From Penicillus capitatus (taxonomy: Eukaryota; Plantae; Chlorophyta), in the NCBI GenBank assembly GCA_965649825.1, contig OZ287697.1:1288351-1352350 (forward strand): a stretch of DNA of 64,000 nucleotides, in the 5' to 3' direction. Positions within the stretch are counted from its first letter, which is position 1. Each line of letters begins with the position of its first letter. Positions 24,001-33,768 of this stretch are shown here, piece after piece. The position numbers and the translations under genes are program-made. Under the pieces are notes generated by a model, which was not told the origin of the DNA, ran no database searches, and worked only from the letters and a program-made list of their open reading frames with translations.

Positions 24001-26463
24001 CCGACTGCTTCCTCGTCACTATGCTGAACACGACTTTCGTGAACAACAGCGCTGCTTATGCAGGAGGAGCGGTGTTCATGGGCTGCACCCAGAATGTGCA
24101 CATCGATTGCCCTTCGAAGAATGAGGAGAAGACTGGTGGTGTCCACACAGAAAAGCGAAAGCGTTCTGTAGGTAGCCTCAATTCAACAAACGATGTTTGT
24201 GGGACATGGAAGAAGAACAACGCAAAACAGTATGGTGATGATGTTGCCACGTTCGTTTCCACGATTGTGGCAACGGTGAGACTCAACGGCGAAAACACGA
24301 CCGTCTCCAATACGAAGGATCCATGCCGAATCGGACCTTACAGAAGCGGAAGCTCCTTTCCCGTCGCTGTCAGAGCCGTTGACGATTTCGGACAGACTCC
24401 GGCGACCGGGAGAGATCATCGTCCTGTGGTATCCACAATTTCATCTCCAGACGATCTCTTCGCTGGAGACTACAGCATTCTCATGAATTCTGATCTGGAG
24501 TTCAATGTCACTGCTCACGCACGACCAGGCAACTACAGGATTCTCTTCGGATTCGGCGAAAAAACGCTGAGAGATTTCGAGATCGTGGTGGAGGTGCAGC
24601 GATGCAAGATCGGAGAAGAGTCGTCCGAAGACAAGACGTCCTGCGAGCCCTGCAGTGCCGCCACCTACAACTTTGACTTGGATGATGAAGACTCCGAGTG
24701 TCTGCCTTGTCCCGACAACGGAAACTGTACCACCAGAATCATCCTGCCCAATCAAGGCTATTGGCATCCGACACCCTGCTCTCCGCACATTCAGAAATGC
24801 CTTTCTACAGATGCCTGTAACAACGTCAGTCGGCAGCATAGACTGTTAGAACTCACAGATGATGTGGAATACTGTGACTTCAATGAAATGTTCATCAAGA
24901 ACTACACATTAGCTCAGTGTAGCGAGGTATGTACCTTGCCAGCATGTGGAGGCGAGCTCTATCGCCATGTGTTTTTAGGGATATGCAGGACCGCTCTGCG
25001 GTTCATGTGACATCGGTTACGGAATCGTCCAGTTCGTCTCTTGCGAAGAGTGTTTCTCGGATGCCGTAAATGTACACCTCGTGCTTCTGTCCCTTCTGGT
25101 CTTCTTAATCCTGACAGCGATCACCGTGAGAGCGAATCTGGGATCCACAATCCGCGATTCGTCGGCTCGTAAGATGATGGTCGAAGTCTTTAAGGCAAGC
25201 AATTACCTACATCGTTTTGCCTGATGCCAGATTTTTCGTCAGATTGCGGTGAACTATGCCCAAGTGACGGCCGTGGCTGTTTCGATCAACGTCTCCTGGG
25301 ACCTGAACCTGGTCCGACTATTCGAAGCTGCCGGTAACGACATGAAACATCGATCACCATCTGACGCACTCAGACGTCTGTGCATTCGTGTAGAGCTCGT
25401 CAGTGGAGTCATCGCTGATGCCATCGAACGGGCTGTGCACTGTCTTCTTCCCGACGGCGCCATCGTGGAGCGATCCGTTTTTGGCATCTTGATGGACATG
25501 GCTGCCGTCAGCATCGTCATCCTCATCTCCATCGTATTCTGGTTCACTGTCATGCCGTCCAGTCCTCGGGACTGGACATACCTCGCGAAGAGAGCGTTCC
25601 TCAGTGTCGTCGTCGTCCTTCATCTGGGCTACATCTCACTGACGAGCACCTTCATCAGCATCCTTAACTGCATCGAGGTCAATGAAGTGACGGAGACCAT
25701 GGAAACGGCCGCAACACAATACTGGACTACAGACACCAGCATTCGATGCCACGAGGGATCACATGCGATGCTGGAACGCGTCGTGGGCTGGCCCGGTCTG
25801 ATCTTGCTCTCTCTGGGATTTCCCCTCATCACCGCGTGCGTCATCTCTCTGGGCAAACAGACGCACAGGAACGAGGGATGGACTCAAGATCTCTTCGGTT
25901 TCATGTATCAATCCTACAAAGACAGTCACTGCTACTGGGAGTGTGTCGTCATTGGACGGAAGGCTGTCATTGCTGGTGTTGTCGTTCTTGCCTATCCACT
26001 GGGAGCCAGTCTCCAAGTCATGTTTGCTACCTTCGTCTTCACCGTCGCCCTCTACCTGCAAACAGCCTGTCGACCGTTCAGAAACGATCTCGATCTGCTG
26101 AACAACCTGGAAAGCTACTCCCTGCTCATATCGCTTCTGACGTTCATATCCAGTCTCTGCTTCGATACGGATCGTCTCTCGTCGAGTGCTCGTCTTTCTA
26201 TCGGCGTAGTGATATTGCTGCTCAATCTGCTGTTCTTTTTCTTCCTTTTGGTAATTCTATTGAGATCCATGGCAGACCATCTCAGAAATGTGCTTACGAA
26301 TCAGAATGTCTTATTTGATGCCGACGCAAGTCGACTGCAAGTGTTGGCAATCTATTTTATGGATTATCTGCCCGAATCTGTACGAAATGCAATTTGCATG
26401 TGGGCCAGTTTGTTTGCTGCACTTTATGACAAACCTGAGGCTGAAGACTGTCAAACGCCTTAG
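21099..26463 (+). CDS. Gene C: same family, 1680 aa; helix type alpha (near-identical to A), stalk II (G-like), membrane class 3 (F-like)
   Basis: Exons 21099-21471, 21534-21852, 21906-23899, 23947-24926, 24979-25194, 25243-25333, 25394-26463 (5043 nt). Intron 5 has a GC donor (AAG|GCAAGC at 25195). Confidence 0.87.
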
Positions 26464-26604
26464 CCATTGCAGCTTTAGCATTCTTCCCTGACATGTCTGA
26501 ACCCTCTCACTTAATCACACTGTTTTCTCGGGTCACACAAAAGCAGTTCGTTCACTGAAACAATGACCATTATCGTTTCTTGTCATTATGTGACGATGCC
26601 GGAA

Positions 26605-27083
26605 TGGAAGGCCGTCCTCGCAGTCGTTTTCGTCTTTTCTTACGAAATGGGTTCTGCCTCCATGCTGTTCTTACGTCATCCGTCCTAATCGCACCCCTTC
26701 ATCACTTCCAGACAGAATTGTCCCTACAGCGAGGAGTTTGATTCCATCAGTAATGTAGACAGCCTTTCCATTCTGCTTTCATTACTCTCTTTCGTCTGCG
26801 ACATCCTCTTTGGGGATGATCACGCTCCACAAGAGATCCGTGTGCTAGTCATTGTTTTCCTGCTCTGTATAAACACTATCTTTCTGTCTTTTTGGCCTGT
26901 CTTGTTTTCTTTGCAGTGGATCTGGAAACGGTGCGTCGGGGAAAGAATTTATTCTTCGCCGACACATGCACATTTCGCATTCTCTGCGTGTATTTTTAAT
27001 GCTTCTGTATTGATGTGAAAGATGCTTTAGTGCGATGCATCCATCATGGCAGATCTCGTCGCTCTGTATACTCCGAAATTTGA
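26605..27083 (+). pseudogene. Degenerate 3' end of a class-2 membrane-domain gene
   Basis: Translates in pieces as KAVLAVVFVFSYEMG…PYSEEFDSISNVDSLSILLSLLSFVCDILFGDDH..EIRVLV…GRSRRSVYSEI*. It is followed by the TGAAGTTGCT.. 3' flank seen after B, H and the first gene, and contains frameshifts. Confidence 0.8.
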
Positions 27084-28189
27084 AGTTGCTCTATCCTGGC
27101 GTACATTTCTTGCTGTGTGTCAAAATGAAAAGGGCGATTGCTTAACTTCTCCCAGCTTTCATTGTTAGAATGCTTTCGGGTATTAAGGAGGACATCAACA
27201 TGTATTAAGGTGGACAATTGTTTAAATAGAAACGTCTCATTGTTGTGTGACCTAGTCTCCGTTCGTCTCTCTGTGTGCTGCGATATCTATCTCCTAGACA
27301 TGAAGCGTAGGAGACAAATGTCTCACACTGTGAGAGTGATATCTCGATTCCGATTCCGGAACATGCAGAAAGGAGCATGTTCCAGATGCTCTGCGTTGCC
27401 TTTGTAGATTCTTCTGTCCGGGACGGAAGTGAACATCACCTACGTCTGTCAATCATCACGCTCTCTGTGTCACTACAGATGTTCGAGCGGTATGTCGAAT
27501 GATGACGATCCATACGTCATTTCTAAAAAGCTAAGGTAGGACAGAGTGTAAGCATGACGACGTCGCTAACGACATTCAAATATCTCACTTAAGTATAGGA
27601 GTGGCAACTGTCTAATGAACTCGATGAAACAGACGCGATATCGACTTTGGACTTATACAGAAAGTCCCCCTGCTACGAAATTAGTCAAATTCTGAAAACG
27701 GACTGTAGGGGAGTATACACTATGTGACGCAGATGCTTTCTTCTAACTGAACGCGTTACAAGAGACACACACAAGCGTGCAAAGTTGTTAAGTGTCTTTA
27801 GAACTATGTCACCATACAACGTGATCTTGAACACGAGCAGTAAGACCACGCCACGAGATGGCGAGAAACGCGTTAGTGGTCGGTCATCGGACAGTTCGTC
27901 GTCGAATCTTTCACGAGGATGAGAAGACAGTCGTTAACACAGGATGCATTCAGTTTCTGAGGCCTGTAGCGAAGAGATATTATGTTTTGTTAAAGAAACC
28001 AGACGTTTCAAAGCTAGACACCCTCATGAATGCTAGGCCGCATGTCGTCTAAACCATACATGCACTTCTACCTCTAAGACGATTATCTTATAAGTGATAC
28101 ACAGGGATGTGCAGAATGAATTTTCTTTGGATTTGGCTTTAGCTGGATCACTGTCTCATCTTGCCGGGTATACGAGTGGTTATTCGCAT

Positions 28190-28395
28190 GTCGATCGGAG
28201 GCCATCGATCGGATCGCAGTGGATCGGAAGTAATCGATTGAAATAAATCGATCCGATCCGATCCGATCCGATCGCAGTCGATCGCAGTCGATCGGAAGCA
28301 ATCGGGCAGACAGCAGTCGATCGGAAGTACTCAATCGGAATTAATCGATCTGATCGGATCGCAGTGGATCGGAAGCAATCGGACTGATCGATCAC
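28190..28395. repeat. GATC-rich degenerate microsatellite (5-mer units GATCC/GATCG/CAGTC, with higher-order GGATCGCAGTGGATCGGAAG copies)
   Basis: ATCGATCCGATCCGATCCGATCCGATCGCAGTCGATCGCAGTCGATCGGAAG. GGATCGCAGTGGATCGGAAG occurs twice (about 28210 and 28356). Confidence 0.85.
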
Positions 28396-28859
28396 TTCGA
28401 TATCAATATTCGCGATTTAGCCGACTTCGATCATTTCACCAGAAGATGAAACTAAGAATGACGTATCGATCGACGTACGATCGTCCATTTTTAGTCGGCG
28501 ATTCGGACATCAGTGTTTTTTACAGTCTATCGATCAAAGACTGGCGTTGATGCATTTGTCAAGGCGAATTTACGACAGTTGGGAATTGATCAAATGATTT
28601 TCGATTATTGACAGTCGGTCATAGACGTGGTGTTGATGGTTCCCCTTTCGATGACGCGATTCATCGACATCGCTGCGTTTCGTAAGCGTGTCAGCATTGT
28701 GCCATCTATCTCTCGCATGCAACGCAGCCGTGCTGGACTGAACAATGACGGTATCTGTGGACAAGCTTTAACAGTCATTGTCAGCGCATTGCTCCCGGAG
28801 ATGAATCAAGTCGTCGACCGCGAAGGCAATCATGGATATTCTACCAAGGACCTACTAGA

Positions 28860-29060
28860 CGTGGAAGACACGCCTTCGTTGTCGCGGGGACACATGAACG
28901 TCGCTTTTCTTGACTGCCTTCGGGAACACAACCTCCTCGGTCTCGGCGTGTTTCGCAAAGGCACTCAGGGTCATCGGCCATGGGAGGACAATGCGAGCGG
29001 AGGGTCTGATGACAAGACGGATCTTGCGGACTTCGCTGCCCCGAAGACCGCGCCACAAAC
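28860..29060 (-). pseudogene. Isolated degenerate exon-2 fragment of the family
   Basis: Reads VIRPSARIVLPWPMTLSA…EEVVFPKA…(frameshift)KATFMCPRDNEGV, compared with intact IRPSSRIVIPWPLTLTA…EEGVFP…KATFTCPNRKEGVF. Confidence 0.75.
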
Positions 29061-29369
29061 GCCCTTGCCAATACGACGCCTGTCAATTCCACCGGTGAAT
29101 AGCGAAAAGAGCCGAATCGTCTACGGTATCCCTCCCACACGGTTCTTTTCGTCTGGTCTTACCGGACGTCAAACGATAACGCATCGCCTCCAGAAATGCG
29201 ACAGGTTGTGACGCGTCGATCGGTCTTGATTCCATCAGAAACGTCTTCGACGACGATCTTCGACCCTCTAGCAGTCGCAATGACCATGGTCTCTCCTTTA
29301 GACAGAGAAAGCACGCCGCGCTGCGGCAGGAGTTCGGGAAACGCACTTCTGTCACCTCAGCGGAATCAG

Positions 29370-29455
29370 ATGGAGGTGAACACCCGACCGATTGCTCGCA
29401 TCTCCACCATCAACATCTGCGTTTCACTTCCAGTCGTATAGAATGACGTCCGCGC
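29370..29455 (-). repeat. About 80 bp dispersed repeat also at 33165-33240 (possible degenerate beta-helix fragment)
   Basis: CACCCGACCGATTGCTCGCATCTCCACCATCAACATCTGCGTTTCACTTCCAGTCGTATAGAA versus CACCGACCGATCGCTCGCATCTCCACCATCGACATCTGCGTTTCGCTTTCAGTCGTATAGAA. The minus-strand translation SFYTT(G/E)SETQM is reminiscent of VFYAPPGSETSV. Confidence 0.7.
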
Positions 29456-29526
29456 GCAGCCATATCCGCGACTGGTTCGCGCATGAGTCAGGATTAATGT
29501 GCAAATCTGAATCTTTAATGAATGTT

Positions 29527-32355
29527 TTACAAACGTCGGTTTTTCATGGAGCCACAATCGAACATAGAAGATGCGACAATCGGTCCATATCTGCCAGCTG
29601 AATTATTCTCCCAGGATGCACAGACGTCATCAATGGATGCGAGGCGCTTCATGGACTTCCACTGCTTCTTTGAGTAGAACTCCAGTCCCTGTGCTTTCGA
29701 TGCATCTGAGCAATTCAGTCGGAGACCAGCAACTGTGCTGATATAGATAGCACCACCTGCCGACCTTGCTCTGTTGTCCACCAGCGAAGTGTTCACCACA
29801 GCCGCAACGATACACTCTTCCTGTTCTGTCAGACAGTTCTGCAGGACGGACTGCCTCTTGGCCACAACGTGAAGCCCTCCTGCACAAAAAACAGCGTGTT
29901 AACGTTCTCTTTTATCGGCCTTTTCGTGAATACCTCCGAACTCGGCTGAGTTGTTCTTAAGCGTGCTGTTGTCGAGCTGTATGAAGATGGATTGAGTGTG
30001 GTTGTGCGCCAGGAATATGGCGCCGCCATAGCTTGCTTCGTTGTCGATCAGAGTGCAGCCACTGCAGAGCAGCCTCGATGAATCATTGGCCATGATGCCA
30101 CCCCCATCGGTCTTCGCCTTGCACTGCGAGATCTGGACGTCGTTCATCCTAAAGACAGATTCGGAGGAGAAGATAGCGCCGCCTTGCCGTGATCTCCCTG
30201 CGGTTATCGAGCATCGTGACATACGGATCGAAGAGCCCTCTGCTGCGATAAAACCGCCTTGCTCGGTGACAGAGTGGCCAAGTGCGTTGGTCTCCCAGAT
30301 AGAGACGTTTGAAGAGATTGAGTAAATTCCTCCTCCGAAATCTGCGGAACCATCGGTGAAGTTGCACCTCGAAACTGAGAGATCAGTTTTGTAAACGCTG
30401 ACGGCACCAGCACGATTGGATGCATCATTCTTGTCAAATTTGCAGTCGGTGATGTTCGCCGTGGAGTCAAGGGACAGCTCAAGTGCGGCGGCAATGTATG
30501 CCGTGTTGTGAGAGTAATTTGATCCAGTGTCAGTGAACCTGCACCCGATGTCACAGTACAATACACCTCCTCTGGCGGCCTTGTTACCATAGAATGAACC
30601 GCCACTGATGTTTATTTGGAGACCTTCACTGTCTGACATATAGCCTGTACCGTAGATAAATCCTCCTTCGCTCGCAGTCAGATTGGAAGCTGACGTGTTC
30701 CAGATAGAGATGTTTGAGAGCAACGCGAAAATTCCGCCGCCGAATCTTTCTGCAGATCCACCAGTAAAGCGGCACTTTTGAACTGAGAGCACGGAGTGCT
30801 CGACGTGAACAGCTCCACCAGATAGGCGGCGTGCGAGATAATTAACTCCGAATTTGTCAAGATCAAAACCGACAGAGAACGCACTGTTGTTGTCAAACTG
30901 GCAGTCGATGATGTTGCCAGAGGAGTTCTTTTCCAGACGTATGGCCCCTCCGTTCACTGCTTCGTTCTCTCGAAAGAGACAACCTTTGATGGACACTGTT
31001 GCATTCTTCAAGCGCAGCGACGAACTACTCACATCATCCCAGAAAACCGGGATCATATTCAGAGAAAGTGCAACCGGGATCGAATTCCGCACAAATCCAA
31101 CCTCTTTCATATCCAGATATCCGTCCTGAACTTCGATGCTTGAGCATCGGTTCTCCGAGCTGTTCATGTGATCGACTGACGTTTCTGATCCAGGAGGCGC
31201 ATAGAACACCATCTTATCGGTGTTTGTTGACTCGGATGGTTCGTTTTGATAAACGACGACGTCTCTCAGTCGATTCCGTCTCGACAGGATAACGCCGCAT
31301 CTGCCATCGCAGGTGTTGTTCTCGAAGACGAAGTCGATCAGCTCCAGCTCAAAGCAAGATGGAGACTGCATGGCGAGTCCTGAGCTGTTGATCAGGGCGT
31401 TACTTCTGAAACTGACATGATGGAGCTGGATGGTGTCTTTGATGTGATTGGAAGTACAGTTTTCAACTTCAACGATGGACCCAGGACTCTCGGAGTCGAA
31501 CGAGCAGTCCTCGAAGACCAGATTGGCGAGAAGTACACCCGTCGACCTAAACATTTAAGCAACGTCATACTTCAGTACCTAGGGACTCAAAGCTCACTTC
31601 ACAAAGAAGATGCCCTCTCTTCTGTTCGGACAGGTAAAGAGCGCCTTTGCTTCGGAAAGAGGGAACACGCCTTCTTCGACGTCGGAACTGCTCACTGGGG
31701 CAGTCAACGTCAATGGCCATGGTATAACGATGCGCGAAGACGGTCGGATTCTGCGCTGCGAACTGAAGGAGAGGACGTCGCCTGGCTTCGTACAGTTGAT
31801 TATGACTTGAATGTCATCTTCGACGTCATCGAGAATAGAACGGTTGATATGCCACGTTCTCGTCGTTTCGTTCAGATGTTCCTCAAGGCTTCGTTTAGTG
31901 AGCCAACAAGGAAAGTCTGTAAAAACAAATGGTACTTGAATCAGGAAAGAGTTCTCAAGGAGAGGAAGGGTCTCACTTTCAGGGGCTTCGTCGTCAAGGC
32001 CGTCATCTTGTCGCAGAGAACGGCTCTCACTCCGACCTCGCTTAGCCACGGATGTGCGTTCTTTTTCATCAGTCTCGCCTGTCCGAAACGTGGGGGACGA
32101 ATCCGCCGCGTCGTCTTCGTGTCTCGTCGGGAACGAAAGAGTCTCCGTCACGCGAGGCGTCGCAGATGTCATTTTTTCCCAGAGCGTCGAAGGATTCGAA
32201 TTCGGTTTCTTGCCCGAAAACGACTCGGCCGGAGCATCGTCGGCCGTCGTTGTAGTCAGAGCTCGGCGGATATAAAACGTGCGACTAGCAAATTTGTTCG
32301 CGCTTGCGCCGAACACTATGCATATCAACAGCAAACCAAGTAAGGTATGTCGCAT
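29527..32355 (-). CDS. Gene D: 3'-truncated family member with an intact ORF (887 aa: signal, pro-region, N-cap, beta-helix; no stalk, Cys-rich or membrane domain)
   Basis: Exons 32355-31977, 31916-31598, 31546-29934, 29879-29527 (2664 nt), all GT..AG. Homology to the family stops after ...AGRYGPIVASS (about 29565), and the frame ends 13 codons later at TAA. Confidence 0.78.
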
Positions 32356-32379
32356 TTTTCGTCAGGTGATTCAAAGACA

Positions 32380-32870
32380 ACTTTGACAAACTCTTGTAAA
32401 CCGTGCGGCTTTTATAGTCGAAAAGAGGACAGCTGTGGTATGAAAATCTGATGAAGATGAGGTGTACGTGGCCTGTCTGTAGCAGCTACTGTCCAACTGC
32501 CATCGTGACGCCTCTTCGGACACGGGATCCAGCCACGTGTCCCATGGTCTCCCGCTCCTGAATGCAAAAAGCGTAGCGACTCCTGTGACCGCGACGGATA
32601 GCCGTGAGCGGCGCAATCGCAGAACAAACGAGGCACCGCTACTTCGCGTTTCTCTTATTCAATCGATTCTCACTCTCGAGAAGTGTTATCAGATGACCGT
32701 GGTAAGGAGCAACGATAGGCTTCCTTCGTCGCACACGTTAAACTCGAGCGGCAACAAGACTACGAACACATCTGGAGTCTTCTTTTATGACAACTAAACG
32801 ACGCGGAATCGCCTTGAGCGTGTCGCGTTATCCTTGCAAATGGATTCTTTGGCGCCTTTAGGCATGGAAG
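32380..32870 (-). promoter_or_regulatory. Upstream block of gene D with TATA box (TATAAAA 32416-32410), shared with gene E
   Basis: Colinear with 38930-39415 (CGGCTTTTATAGTCG, ATCCAGCCACGTGTCCC, CCTGAATGC, ATCGATTCTCACT, TTCCT.CGTCGCA, TCTTCTT.TATG.CA). This block type differs from the A/B/C/H upstream block apart from the TATA element. Confidence 0.7.
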
Positions 32871-33768
32871 TGTTCACGACGAACTGTATCACTTGCTGTC
32901 TTGGATTGACAGCTTGATAGTAATCGATGATGCATCCTTACATCTCCCTCTGTTCGCGGTACATCCTATCATCTGTCACATCACGAAAGAAACGATTCTG
33001 GTAAGTGTTGGCATGAACTGAATTGCTTGACCAAGAGAACAGTGTGTGATCTAACCCAAGAGGTTCAAATATGTGTCAGGAACCAATGTAAACTAAAATC
33101 TTAAGCTGTACCGCAGTTTTCAGCATGCGAAATCGTGTCGCGGCCCATGACGTAGCAGTCGCTTCGACGCACCGACCGATCGCTCGCATCTCCACCATCG
33201 ACATCTGCGTTTCGCTTTCAGTCGTATAGAACGACGTTGGGTTGTCGCTGCAGGAGAGACGCTGGATGACGAAAACGCGACGATGGCAAGGAACCATTTA
33301 TGGAAGAATGGCGGCGGGTCGTTTTCCAAAGGAGTCTCTTCCGTCGTCTTTGACAGGCATTTTTGTCACTGGCACAGAGAAGCATAGCATGCGAGGTGTA
33401 CGTGCGCAGGAACGGAGTTGGACGTCGGACAACTTTCAGCCAGAACTCGCTATTCTTGTTAAAGATTCTAGCGCATCAGCTCACAGTCACATCGAGCAAG
33501 CAAGCTCCCTCATCGCATTAACAGTTGATTGCATACACGATTATTTCCTCTGCATCAAAGAATCAAATAGGGTGCACCGCCTACGATCGATACTGAGCAA
33601 CGTTATGCTTCTACTCAAACTGCCGCAGGCCGTCCGTTATTTACAACATGCATGAATTGTTGTATGCCAGAAACAGAAACAAACTGAGATGTCATCGTCG
33701 ACATTAAATTAAGATGTTTTTAGGTTGCTGCGTTTAAATGAAGAGGGATGTTGTCGACCAAAGGATGC

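Noticed and set aside
28190-28395. CRISPR array
   Set aside because: These are short degenerate 5-mers without unique spacers, the context is eukaryotic, and there are no cas genes.
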